DNA from: Ylistrum balloti
Lineage: Eukaryota
Direction: 5' to 3'
Assembly: GCF_031769215.1 (NCBI RefSeq)
Contig: NW_026782116.1
Location: forward strand, 1,488,001 to 1,552,000
Length of the DNA stretch: 64,000 nucleotides
In this document: piece after piece, positions 47,401 through 62,400 of the stretch
Layout of the letters: every line of letters begins with the position of its first letter
How positions within the stretch are numbered: the stretch's first letter is position 1
Position numbers and translations under genes: made by a program
The notes under the pieces: generated by a model
The model's input: the letters and a program-made list of their open reading frames with translations, nothing else
Told to the model about the DNA's origin: nothing
Databases searched by the model: none

Positions 47401-50400
47401 ACTCAGTCTCGAATATATCATACATATATCTTATCAATAAGTGTAGTTTTAATGGTTTATAATCCATGCTTTTATTGTTCAACATGGCTTCAAATATTTG
47501 ATAACCCCACTTGTTTATAAAATTGAAACTTGTGACAAGTTGATGAATGAGCAGCAGACACAAAATTTGCTAAAGGGATAAGGAGAATGCCATATTTATA
47601 TAGAATAATATAAAAGGTTATTTGTAATACAGACACCATATTATTACATTGGCATTACATAGGTGAAAATCTTTCAATAATATCTTGAATATCTGCAACT
47701 CCCCCCAAAAAAATGAGTAGTTTATCTTTTTCATATTCAATCTTTTGTCTGTTGAGCAAAGACTCAAATCTCATACATAATTATGAAAAACACAGACACT
47801 GATAATTGATGATTAAATATCTGTGTACCTACATTTTTCTTTTCTTTTCTTTCTTTACAAGTGCTTTTTTTATCTTTGCAGCAAAGGCCTCCTCTCCACC
47901 TGCTAGCAAGTCCCCCATGTCAACATCTGGTTCTGGCTCTGCTGGCCTTTTTTCCTGCATTTTCTTGCGATGGATCTGTCTTGCTTTTTTACCAGTGATA
48001 TGCATATGAACGTCCTGATTCTGTTTGTTTTCACTGCCTTGGATAGTGGATAACAAAGCAGGCCATGAAAACAGACTTTCAAATCGTTTCTGTAGCAAGT
48101 GATACTCTGGAGTAACTCTAACATCACTCAATAAGTCTCTAGTGGAAGTTGCCTCTGCACTCTTTGAGAAAGAATCCTTGTTTATATGTTTCGCTCCGCG
48201 CATCACAGCAGCACTGGATCTATTCTTAAAAGAATCCAGCACAGTTTTTACAAGCTTTTCGTCTTCTTCCTGTTCCTTGCTTTGTATTGAAGCTAGTGAG
48301 GATCTTATCTGCTTAGTGACATTTGCATAGTACTTTCCATTATACAATGACCCTGCACTAGCTGTGAGGAGTTGAAACTGAACAAGAAGTCCAGCAAATG
48401 CCTCTAGGTGCTTTACACCTGGGGGAAGAAGTGGAATGTTACTTGGGGTGGGTGTTCCCTTTTTCTGTACAACAACAACTCTTGGTGGCTGTACGGCAGA
48501 TATAGGGCTACTGACACTGTTAGGCTTTGTGTTAACAGTTAGACTAGGAGTGTGTGACACTGTCTGTGGAATAGTCCTCGAAACTGACTTACGAATCTGT
48601 CTCTCAGAAGTCCTTAAACCAGAACTTGCTACATTTTGTGGTTTCAGTATGGCTGTGGGTTGTGATGTTGGTTTTGAAACTCTTACTTTATGACTAGAAA
48701 TTGTTGTATTTCCGCTGGTGGCTGGACCTTCCGAGCTGGTCACAGAAACTGATGTCTGTATACTGTTCTGTGCTACTGTTCCTTCCTTCACTGATTTTGA
48801 CCCAGATGCCCTCCTTCCACTAGAGGAATCAGGAGTTTTATTGGTTACTGACAAGGTAAGTCCCTGTAATGCTTCCACTGACATTTCACCAGCTTTTGCT
48901 ATAGACTGTCCCTTAGTTACTGGCCCTGAGTGAACTATTCCAGGAGACCCAACCTTCTGAAGGGTCATTAATTTTGAATTAGATGCAAGCTGGCCTTTCA
49001 TAGATGCTGGCAATGGTGGGAAAAGTTTCTTAAGCATTGTGAATTCTTCCTTTTCCAATTCAGTCATTTCTTTTTCTGGCTTTTTCTGTGCATTTTCCAA
49101 AGCCTTATGGCCATTCACTTCAAGAGCCTGGAAAAAGACCAAACCATAGTTTTGATTATCATTATATGAAAGAACTTAACAACAGGATAGGCTGACTTAT
49201 CTGATATATATGTGGTGGGTTTTTTTTTGAGAATACAAATTTAGTGGTCTCAAATAAATCATCTTACAATCTTTTGCCTCTCAAATTCTTCAAAATGGAT
49301 CAATGGTATTCATCCTTACATATGTTTCTTGAATTGATTACAACATGGTATAAAAATAAACACATAAGTAAGTTAACTACAGATGTACTTATCCAGGAAA
49401 CAGTACAAATTACCATATACATGTGATATTGAACCATGTCACAAACAATTACAATACCCCAAATTCTATTTATAATAAAACATGTCAAATTTCAAGTGGA
49501 TGCAAAGAATGCATTTTATTGTGTTTGTCCACAACTGTTGCTGTTACAGCACTCATAGGCTTATGTCACTGATATGTCTTTTGTATACTTACAGACAACA
49601 TAAGTGTGGTGGATACAGAGGTTAGCTGTGTAACATTCTCTGGAGTGTACGTACTTGAAACTTTGCCATGTGGATGGACTGTTGATATAAAATGTAAACA
49701 AATCTGTGGATTCAGTTCATAACTTTCCTAGTATACAATGAGACATAATGAACAAAGTTGGTCAAACCTTTCCTTTTATAATGATTTATTATAGTAGTCT
49801 ATGTAATTTGGTTGTAAAAGTCATATTTTTGCTCAAAACATTTGCTATACCATAAGAGATAGGTATATGTATAATATTATGTACAGAATGTGTTTTTATT
49901 GTAGTAATGTCTACCTAAAAATACTAAGATGTATATGTGGGGATGCACTCTGCCCAAAATAAAAAAAAAAATATTATTCCTGAAGTTCCATTTCTATTTG
50001 ATAAAGAATTAATTTCAGTTAAAGCTGTAAAGGGGAGTAAACTATCGATTACATCAAAATGTCTTTACAAAGCCATTAAAATAATTACCTGACGATGGCC
50101 CTTTGGCTTGCAAATGTTAGAAAACTACTGTGTTGATTTCATTTTTTTTTTAAATATATAGATATATACTGTATATATTATAGTGTTATATGTGTATATA
50201 TTGTTCATTTATTGGAGCAGCATTAATTTACTTACAGATATTGTACTTTTTGGGGCGCCCTGCACCACTACGCGTTATCATTAAGGGATACTTCTTCATC
50301 TGGATTATGTCAGCCATTTTGCGGTCAATGCGACTGTCCTTGGTGAATCGACGTACACGTTTTCGTGTTGCTGCATTTTCATGTTCTTTGAACTTGTTTG

Positions 50401-53400
50401 TAATGGCAAGTATGTCAGATACTTTAACATTATGTGGATCTTTGCCCTTGAAAAGGTCATCCATTTCTATCCGCTGCTTTTTGTTCTTAAAAAGAAATCC
50501 ATGAAAATACAAGAATTATCTCTTAGAAAGATTTGTATTCTATAACAAATAACAAATTAACATTTACTAATTCAAGTGTACAAACTTTCTTTTGGTCATT
50601 AACTATCAAAGGTCAAATAGTTTGCTCCAGACCTGGAGAGTTGAAAGAAATATCACCAAGTACACATATCTTTTTTAAAATTTAGTAGTCAACAATAAAT
50701 TTGGAGAGTCAAGTTACATGAGGAATTACCTACCAATTTAACAAAAGGTACAAATTCTTTTGCAGTTTTGGAGGGAATGAGCATCTTGTCCTTTGAGGTG
50801 ACACTCTTATTCAATGACTTCTGTAAATGGTGCTCCACAAGTTTCTTAAGCTGAAGTTTACGTTGCCATACTTGTTCCATATTACGTGTGCTAAACTTGT
50901 GACTCAGGGGGGGACGTGGCACTACAATGTCACCTGTTGAAAAAAACGGTTTGGAGTTTAGAAATAAAGCATAGCCGCAGGGCAAATCCTTAATGCCTCT
51001 GAGGTAATAAATTACCTCCCTCTTTCTTTAATATGTATCTGTCAAGAGTTGCCCCATTCACCTTTATCAAGACCAGTAAGTGATGTTGTGTTCTTTGAAA
51101 TGTACAATCTTTATGTAAAAAATTCTTAACTAAATGTCCTTATTTATGTGATTTTTAGCATTTATAAATAATCAGGTCAGGGAAAACCACAATTTGCATA
51201 ATATTATATATAATAAACATAATAATATAATTCCTAACCTCATAATTATACAGGTCAAGGGTCAAGTCTACCTCTAGTATGCTATAAATTACCAGTTTCT
51301 TCATGAGCATTTTGTGACTAATCAAGTCAAAGGTCAAAGGTTAATAGGTTGTAACTACCTGCTTAAGATACAGATATAATATATAACACCAAAATCCTAA
51401 GATGCATCCACACATCATTTTTTCTTACAAATTTGTTATTTCATTCCCCAGCTCAGCAATAGTAAGGATACTGCCAAGGAAAGGCCCAGAAAGGGACCAT
51501 TAATCTCTTTTACAAAGACAAGTGTGCCAATCCCGAAAAGGGGCAGGGTTCATATTCAACAATGCATCTACCTACTACATCTATATACAAAGTACATCTA
51601 TGATCTCAACACAAAGGAATATTAATTAACAACATATCTTTTTACACCCAAAGTAGTATCAGAACAATTTTAATGTTAACAACAGTGCCTGACGTTACTG
51701 TATCAACGTAGTGTCAGAACAATTTTAATGTTAACAACAGTGCCTGACGTTACTGTATCAACGTAGTGTCAGAACAATTTTAATGTCAACAACAGTGCCT
51801 GACGTTACTGTATCAACGTTGTGTCAGAACAATTTTAATGTCAACAACAGTGCCTGACGTTACTGTATCAACATAGTGTCAGAACAATTTTAATGTCAAC
51901 AACAGTGTCTGACGTTACTGTATCAACGTAGTGTCAGAACAATTTTAATGTTAACAACAGTGCCTGACGTTACTGTATCAACGTAGTGTCAGAACAATTT
52001 TAATGTTAACAACAGTGCCTGACGTTACTGTATCAACGTAGTGTCAGAACAATTTTAATGTTAACAACAGTGCCTGACGTTACTGTATCAACGTAGTGTC
52101 AGAACAATTTTAATGTTAACAACAGTGCCTGACGTTACTGTATCAACGTTGTGTCAGAACAATTTTAATGTCAACAACAGTGCCTGACGTTACTGTATCA
52201 ACGTAGTGTCAGAACAATTTTAATGTCAACAACAGTGCCTGACGTTACTGTATCAGAGTAGTGTCAGAACAATTTTAATGTCAACAACAGTGCCTGACGT
52301 TACTGTATCAACGTAGTGTCAGAACAATTTTAATGTTAACAACAGTGCCTGACGTTACTGTATCAACGTAGTGTCAGAACAATTTTAATGTTAACAACAG
52401 TGCCTGACGTTACTGTATCAACGTAGTGTCAGAACAATTTTAATGTTAACAACAGTGCCTGACGTTACTGTATCAACGTAGTGTCAGAACAATTTTAATG
52501 TCAACAACAGTGCCTGACGTTACTGTATCAACGTTGTGTCAGAACAATTTTAATGTCAACAACAGTGCCTGACGTTACTGTATCAACGTAGTGTCAGAAC
52601 AATTTTAATGTCAACAACAGTGCCTGACGTTACTGTATCAACGTAGTGTCAGAACAATTTTAATGTCAACAACAGTGCCTGACGTTACTGTATCAACGTA
52701 GTGTCAGAACAATTTTAATGTCAACAACAGTGCCTGACGTTACTGTATCAACGTAGTGTCAGAACAATTTTAATGTTAACAACAGTGCCTGACGTTACTG
52801 TATCAACGTAGTGTCAGAACAATTTTAATGTTAACAACAGTGCCTGACGTTACTGTATCAACGTAGTGTCAGAACAATTTTAATGTCAACAACAGTGCCT
52901 GACGTTACTGTATCAACGTAGTGTCAGAACAATTTTAATGTCAACAACAGTGCCTGACGTTACTGTATCAACGTAGTGTCAGAACAATTTTAATGTTAAC
53001 AACAGTGCCTGACGTTACTGTATCAACGTAGTGTCAGAACAATTTTAATGTTAACAACAGTGCCTGACGTTACTGTATCAACGTAGTGTCAGAACAATTT
53101 TAATGTTAACAACAGTGCCTGACGTTACTGTATCAGAGTAGTGTCAGAACAATTTTAATGTTAACAACAGTGCCTGACCTTACTATATCACTTCCTCATC
53201 CTGTAGTGTTAAACACCTAATTTCCTTTTTTTCTACAATGATTTAGTCTCTATAAACCATGACAATTTTCTGTTTTATACTCGCTTTCATTTCTTCTTTT
53301 ATTGCTTTTTATTTATCTTCTTCCATTAAATCCTTAATTTATCATCTTGTCAGTTCTTTGGTCATACGTTTTTCTTTTCATTAAATCATTCATATATCAA

Positions 53401-56400
53401 TTAGTTGGGTTATTTATTTATTTTCTTTCTTTTTTTTTTGTATTCATTCACTTGGCTGCTGTCTTTTATTTAATAAAATGATATTTGGTCCATAGTGTTG
53501 TATAGGTCAGTCATGGTAGTATCTTATCTTATCTTGACACTTTTACGTGAAATGATAATTAAATACGGATTGAAAACAACTTTTCACACATTTAAAAACA
53601 AGACAATAAACCACACTATTGTAAAGAAGCTAATACCGTAACCAACTAACAACACAATATCACAAGACGAAATCATCGAAGTACACACAAGAAACAAAAT
53701 CACTGAAAACTGCACATCATCATTGCCATCCCTCCATCAGCTTAGCATAATATTTCACATTACAGTAAGGATTTTGGTAAGAATTCTGGACTCAGTTGTT
53801 CAAAGTTTTTTTTTTTAATTATTTTTAATCATTCATTAGTAAAAATTTTCAAATATGAATTAAAACCATCTGTGAACATTTTTTATTATTTCACAGCTAA
53901 AGAATCATGAAGACATGTAAGATATGATATTTTGAAGAGGAAATTCTACTTTGTTTTTCAGTGGCATCAATTTACTTTCTCCACTTTCCACTGGTTGACT
54001 AAGATTTTATCAATTGAGACTAAATGATTATAATTTAATTCACTTCTGAGTTCTGATAAGATTCATCTTACCAGCCTGTTTATCACGTATCTGTTTGAGA
54101 TAATCATCTCGCTGCACCCCTGATGCAAACGTCCATGAATGTGGTATAGCAATGGCAGCTGGCTCCTGTAAGGAAGAGACGAGTTGATGTTACATTCTAA
54201 AATACAGCAAAATGTGTGTTCATGGTGTTGATATTTTAATCTTGTGGACTAACCACACTTACTGATCAATAATTGGCTGGTATGTAGTAAACAGTAATAC
54301 CTGGACTAACCACACTTACTGATCAATACTTGGCTGGTAAGTAGCAAACAGTAATACCTGGACTAACCACACTTACTGATCAATAACTGGCTGGTAAGTA
54401 GCAAACAGTAATACCTGGACTAACCACACTTACTGATCAATACTTGGCTGGTAAGTAGTAGACAGTAATACCTGTACTAACCACACTTACTGATCAATAA
54501 CTGGCTGGTAAGTAGCAAACAGTAATACCTGGACTAACCACACTTACTGATCAATACTTGGCTGGTAAGTAGTAGACAGTAATACCTGTACTAACCACAC
54601 TTACTGATCAATACTTGGCTGGTAAGTAGTAGACAGTAATACCTGGACTAACCACACTTACTGATCAATACTTGGCTGGTAAGTAGTAGACAGTAATACC
54701 TGGACTAACCACACTTACTGATCAATACTTGGCTGGTAAGTAGGTAAGAGTATTACCTGAGTATTTGCTCCATCTGTACCTTTGTTGAACATGGTGCCCA
54801 GATAGGCCTTTGTTTCATCCTACAGAAAGAAAGAGCATTAAAGGTCATGAAAAAAGCAAATCTTTAAAGCATATCCAGTATTTATTTGTTAAAAGGTTTG
54901 TCAATCCTTTTGATTTTAAAATGCAGTGACAAATTATTTCCTTAACAATGAGGAAACATCAACCACAATAGCTGATTTATCATTAAATATAAATCAATAT
55001 TATGTAACAATAGTTTAAGTCAACATTCACATGTAATTGAAAATAGTCTTATAGTTATCAAGAGATTACATTTTGTGAACTGAGCCAATCAGACTGAATC
55101 TTCCACGATTTGAGCCGCTTGTAACGGTTTAAGACCATATTGTCAGTCCGCCCTTCCATCTCTGAAGCAATTTTTGTCCAACATATACCAGAACTTTCTG
55201 AAAAAAGAAATCCATTAACATTTAAGCACAGATTATTTATTCTGATTATAAATACCTGCAATTTTTAATCCACCAGGATTCCAGCATACACAAGTTCCAG
55301 CATACACAAAAATTCAAATATAAAATGTATATGATACTCTTCACATGTGAATTTTGCAAATTTCCTGCATGTGAACATTCAACTTAATCTTTAAAAGATC
55401 ATTCTAATCTCTATCTAATATAATGTCACATCTTTCATCATTTGACCAACAACTCCAATCTCCTCTTCAATTTTTGCAACATCTTATTCCACTTGACAAC
55501 CAATACCAAACTTTTAATTCAAATAATGTATTTTTACTTAAAATCTTCATCAATGTGTAAGATTCCCACAAAGCATTATGAATTTGACAACTTTTCATTT
55601 CGCAGGGCTAATGTTTTGTATTTGTCCCGGTTTGGGGTAGTTTACCAGGATTAAATTTCGCACACATGTTTACACTGCTATCCATGTAATCTGGTATATA
55701 TCAATATCTGAGATTTTCATACAAGGTGTATATCATACAATACCTGTGATTTTCATACAAGGTATATATCATACCATATCTGAGATTTTCATACAAGGTA
55801 TATATCACACAATATCTGAGATTTTCATACAAGGTATATATCATACAATATCTGAGATTTTCATACAAGGTATATATCATATAATATCTGAGATTTTCAT
55901 ACAAGGTATATATCATACAATATCTGAGATTTTCATACAAGGTATAGATCATATAATATCTGAGATTTTCATACAAGAGGCCTAGCGACCTTGAAGCTCA
56001 CCAGAGACCAGCAATATTGAATATAAAGGTTAAAGGATAGCCAGTGTCAATACATGCATACCATCAAAACTGTCATCCTATTCTGATAATTCTTATATAG
56101 CTATTTCCTGTGGGGAAATAACCAACCTTAAGCTGAAAAATGCAATTTGACCTCTTTTGGACCTGCCCATCAGCCCCTAGGGGTCAGTCAGGATCAAAAT
56201 GAGCCAACCATCAAGCCGTCATCCTTCATATTTCTAACCAAGTTTGAAATATTTCCAATGAAAATTAAACAAATTATGCTCAAAAATCTAGTTTTCCTAT
56301 ATTAACTAAAGTAAACTTTACCCCCTCCCCACAGGGAAATTGTTAATTTTGGTAATTTTGGTAAATCACCTTAAGATGCTTCCATTCATGAATATTATTT

Positions 56401-59400
56401 GATTCTACCATATATGGGTCTTTAAAAGAAGATTTTTGGAATCTGAGTAAATTTGACCCCTTTTGGGCCCACCCCTCAGGCCCCTGGGGACTGGGAACTG
56501 TATACTTCACAATTTTGGTTCATCTAAGACCACAGAAGGTTTCTGAAAATTTCATTGAAATCAGATCAGGGGTTTTTGAGAAGTCAAAAATGTTCAATTA
56601 TTAACAGACACACGATGCCTGATGAAGGTGATTAGAATAGGTCACCATGTGACTTTGTCTCATTTGTTTTATATAACAAGGTACATATCATACATAATCT
56701 TAGGTTTTCAAACAATGTTAAATGTTTGCTGTGTATTTAATTTCGCGGTATTGGTAATGACCGCAAATACAGCAAAATAAAAACCCTCACAAGTATTAAC
56801 ATCCATACAGTATATACATGTAAACAATATCCAATCCTAACTTAATGCGATTATGGTGAAAGACATCTCTATAATTACTGACATGTTAACTTCATCATGA
56901 TCTCCGTAATTTACCTTTGTCAGTATATTTGCTGGCCAATTGTAGCAATACTTTATCCTCCTCATAGGTCCAGGTCGTAGGTGGTTTCAGGTCGGGGTTG
57001 AGACAGTTGGTGTACCGGTCCCGACACTGGTATGCAGATCGCCCAGGAACCATTTCCTGGATCAGCTTCCAGTTGGCTGTCCCTTGGAGGTGAACTGCAC
57101 TGAGTAACAACTAATAAGAGAAGCACATCTATTTAAGTCAACATAAAGAGAATTTAACTTAATAGTGATCCTCACAGTTATAAATTACACTAAGTTATGA
57201 ATTATTTGCATCATCAAATGAATCAGATGCAAGTTCTTTAATTTTGTTCCAATATAATGATGACTGGATTTCACTCACAAAGTCCTCCTCTGCTGACCAA
57301 CGACCTCTCTTGGTTGTTGGATCTATCTGTATCCAACGCCGCTGACACTGTTTCCAATTCCTTCCCTCAATGAAGTAGCACACTACAACAGTCAACCTCT
57401 GATGATAATATCATCATATCTCAAATGTTTTGAAAATTTAAATTCTGGTTCTGGTGGACAAGATGACAAGAGATCCAAGAGGGATCTTGGCTAACACACT
57501 TGTATGATATTAGTTTGTTCTTTAAAAGTTTAATATTTTCCCTTCTTTTCTCTTCTTTCCTAATATTATTCTTGTTTATACAAAATCTTCTATTAAGAAA
57601 TATCAATTAGATTGTTAACTGCCAAATCCAAGATGGTCACCTGTCAGTCATTTTTGTTTTTCTTGTCAGTTTTAGTAAGGTCAATGCATAACGCGGGACT
57701 AAGTGAATCCTCCAAATAGTAGAGATTGATCTATCCAGCCCTAATCAAGAACCAGCAATTACAAAAGGTCACAGTGAAGATCAAATATGGTCTGAATAGT
57801 CATTTTTCTATCAGTTCCAAAATTAACTTCTCAACAAAGAACAATTACAAATTAGCGTTATCAACATACAAGATTTTAGATATTAGATGTAAAATATTCT
57901 ATTTTTCTGGTCAGTCTCAACATAACATGGGCTATAATACCAACCAAGAGTAATGTACATAGAAAATTTGAAAAAAGGAATAGAACCATTACTTATACAA
58001 AGTAGAACCATTACTAATACAAAGTAGAACCATTACTTATACAAAGTAGAACCATTACTTATACCAAATGTCTCCGTTCATTCCCTTTCTTTGAGGGAAA
58101 GGTATATAATATTCAGCCTCAACAGTAAATTGACAGCAGCAAACTAAAACATTGATAAACTGATGACTTAAAACATTGGTATCCCAATGTCAGCTATAGA
58201 GGATAAGTTCTGAGACATCAAAAATCTGACATGTTCTTTTGACAAGGAAGCACACATTATTGAGTTTAGCACCCCAGTATACACAATATACCAGTGTTTC
58301 AACAGAAATTAATTTTTCACAAAATTATTGTGCAGATTACTAGTAATGGTAACCGCCGTTTACAATAAAGCAACATGGCTCAATCAATATATATGCATCA
58401 CATTCTCCACTAACTACTTACACAATCATGTCTTTAAAACTTTTAAAGTTAAATTACATTCTGTGAACTATCTTTCATTACCACCATTCAAACTTACCCT
58501 GATTCCATGATATTCTATTGCCAACTCTACAATTCTCCACAACCTCCCTCAGTAAATTATCTTCTTCCTCAGTCCATTCTCTGTAACAAATCACCAGTAT
58601 TACAGTTATGTCAGAGCAACCTATCACGCACGCTGTATAAATTACAGCTTGTCATTGACCGATCGATTATTGTTTCATGTTAACATTTGCTTAGAATTTT
58701 AAAATTTCAAAATGAGCTTTTTCACTACATTTGCTCATCAGCTAGTCTCAACTTTCAACAAACATTACATTTTGTCACCTTCTTTGATATGTTGTTGGAG
58801 ACTTACCGTGAGCTGAAGTTTATATTCAGGTTCTGTTGGTAATATTGCAAGCATTGGTAAGCAGATCGATTCGTCTGAAAGCAAAATCACAGTCTATTTA
58901 ACACCAACAGAAAGTCTTAATCTAGTATCTTAGGTACTGAATTTCTTCAGTGATATCTTCAAAATTAGAAATAAAGACAAAAACAAAATCTATTTCACAA
59001 TATCAATGAAAAAATACATCCTATTAACTTAAACTCTTGGTAAAACTGTAAAAAAAAAAAAACAAAAACTATTGTAAACAGAAATGTTTACAGTAAACAA
59101 AAGTTCAGTTTCTGCAATAAAACATTATACTGTTCATTTCCATTACATGCGATCTACACTTAAATTCATAACAATTACAGTCAATGTAAGACACCTCACC
59201 CCAAGCTCTTTTGCTATTATATCCCAGTTGCTCATTTCATGTTTAATGGCCAGTTCCTGGAGAAGGTCTCTTTCTTCTGGGACCCACTTATCCTTGTTGA
59301 TTTCTGGCTGTAATACATTCACCCAGAACTTCTTGCAGTCTTCAGGACCATGCTTCCCGAAAAACTGAAAAATATATCAGACGTGCAGGGTGATAGCACT

Positions 59401-62400
59401 GATCTGTTTACACCATGACAATCATTACTGCATTATTAACCATTCACCAAATGACCTTTCAGAAGATCCCTCCAGTTATTTCTAATAAATGGTGATAACA
59501 ATTTGCAAGAGTAATGATGAAAGAAGGCAGACAGTCGGCAATCTTCTTGAGATGAGTTATAAAATAAAAAGTACACAGATGAAAAATTCCAATCAAACTT
59601 CAATCTATCCCAAAACTGAATATGGTAAAAACTAAAAGACTAAGAGGAATCAATGTATGAAATCTGAGCTCATGTCACCCATCTTGTTTTCTTATCAGTC
59701 TCAAAATTAAAAATGGACAATAAAAGGTCATGAGAAAGTTAACAATCTAATTTGAGAAAGGTGCCTTAATGTATCTCTGAAAAAGTGTGATACATGAGAA
59801 AGTTAACAATCTAATTTAAGAAAGGTGCCTTAATGTATCTCTGAAAAAGTGTGATACATGAGAAAGTTAACAATCTAATTTGAGAAAGGTGCCTTAATGT
59901 ATCTCTGAAAAAGTGTGATACATGAGAAAGTTAACAATCTAATTTGAGAAAGGTGCCTTAATGTATCTCTGAAAAAGTGTGATACTAATCTCTTACTATA
60001 AAAAATCTTAGATTGCAGTCCATTTCCTTTTCTGATCAGTCTAAAAAACTGACATGTTAGATGTATCACAGAAGACCATGAGAAAGCTACATATCAGGTT
60101 TAAAAAGGATTAATGCAGTGATACTGGAAAATAATGATGATAATCAATGTAAAAAGCAATGAAATAAAAACTACACAACAATATATCCAGCATGCTAAAA
60201 TTTTACTTACATCAATATTTGAAATTTTCATCCAATCAATATCCTCTATTTTTAGTTTGCTAACCAGTGTTTCCAGGTTGTAGGATCTATAATATAAAAC
60301 AACTATGCTTAATTTTATGACAGAAAATTGTTTTAAGGAGAAACAATTAGCTGTACCTGTGCTGTCTCACTTATAAGCAACGGAAAGCTACAAAATGAAC
60401 CAAATTAAAAAAAAACAACCCATCAAATATTTTCTCAGATATATAGCAATTACAGACTAAAACTATCTTATTGAAAGTAAAGATGGCTACCTTTCGGCCA
60501 TTTTGTTTTCCCGATCAGTCTTCGAAACTAACCATACAGGACTAGGAGGGGTAAACTTATATATCTGATAGAGAAAGAAAGTCCTTTCTGTGCTATTTGT
60601 AAAACAGCACATTTGCACAGTAAAAATCTAAGATGTCCATCCATCAGTCATTCAACTCGCATAGTAAGTGCTAAAAGGAAACTAAGATTTGAAAATTAGG
60701 AAAGATCCCTTCAATATTGTCTGAGAAAAGGAAATAACATACAAACAAGGAGCTGCAAAGCTTTGCTTATCTCTTGCATCCAGCTGTTGATGTAAAACCC
60801 AAATACCTGGTATGATATATATACCGGTATAACAATTTGTAACACCACTCAATTATGTACCTCTACTATCAATTGAAGATCTAATACGGTGAAAGTGCAA
60901 GTTCATAATGTAACATCTTCTTTCGTCAATTATCAACAAAATTTCCTCACATCTCCTCAACTTCAACATTTTATAAAACAACCTTATAGTAAGAGTTTAT
61001 ATCTTGATGTTATCCTGTGTGTTTGACTGTTGATATTTGAATAGAGCATATTATTATCCGTGAAAATAAAAAAAAATTAATGGTAACAGAAAAAAGACCA
61101 ATAATAAAATGTCCTTAATAAAAAAGGCACAACTACAGCACTAACCTAATATACCCAGAAAGTTTTGTGGAGTTGAGTGGAATGACTTTGAAGTTGTAGC
61201 CCAGAAAGGAAAGTTAATGCTAATTTTGTGTTTTTTACTGTTTAAATGATATCAGAAAAAAACATTTTAAAAAAATGAAATTGCGTTAATAGCAAAAACC
61301 AATTTATTCTTGCATCAAGTTGTTGACATGTTTTAGATCCAAGTGACCTCACTCTCGACCTACAGTTTTCAGTTGTGTGTAATAGGTGTGAATTTTGTCA
61401 ATCTTTAGTGTCTTGATTTCTAAGCTGCCCGCATCAAATATTTCCCTGTTGCAGATATATGCTCATTAATTACCAACAAAGTAGCCAGCTAATTTAAAGT
61501 GTTGTAATGAAGCTTTAAAAGTCATATCTATAGACTTCTTGTTGGAAGACTGAACTCCTAAAAACAAAAGTATATCACAGGTTAACAATCACCAAAACCC
61601 TAAAGGATGAACTATGGACAGTCAGGCATAGCACACCATGACAGTGCAATTTAAACAGCCCATCATCTGATACCATTGGGCTAAACAAGCTTAAAAGTGT
61701 CAAATTTTGCCTACTCCAATATACACTGTTTGCTGAACTTAGAAATTTCAAAAAAGCTCAGTAAAGAACAATTATATGAGAGGCCATTTTTTACCTGATG
61801 TCTTCGATCTGCAAATCAATGTCCTTAAGGTTTGCTTCAATCTCCTTCTTAACCTTTGATTTTTTATTTTTATCTGCTAACAAGTGCTTTTCTGCTTCTA
61901 CTTCTTTCCTGAATAAAAAAGATGAAATCACATTAACAACAAACACATCTCTGAATACAATCTGTTATACTGACTACAAAATTAGTGGAGATTTCTGATA
62001 TTTTGTAAATCTGAATTTGAATAATTAGAACAAAAATCAAATCATCATGCAGCAGCTTATCTTATTACACTTTTACATTATACATGTGTACCAGGTCAAA
62101 TTATCATAACACATAAACATGTATAATTATTTATCTGTATGTCTTTTTCTAGTATTGCTAAGTTAAGAACAAGTCTAACCTTATTTCAATTTGAAACTGT
62201 TGGATTGATTTTAGAATATTTTGATCAAATCACAATTTGGATGATATGAAGACAATAGTTTATACTAAATTATCCTAAGTCTTTTTTGACAGGAGTCACT
62301 TGATATCAAGACAGTGCTCTATATAAAGTAAACATCCAGACGTAGCTTGACATCAAATTCAGATAAACCAAATGTTTATGTGTGTAAAGGCTTTCTTTGT

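Noticed and set aside
45504-49142. The 369-aa and 437-aa ORFs as independent genes
   Set aside because: Both have flanking splice sites in phase with the SNAPC4 exon chain, so they are its large low-complexity exons.
61470-61560. Extra SNAPC4 exon after a good-looking acceptor
   Set aside because: The required phase-2 frame hits a stop, and 61795 joins 60286 in frame.
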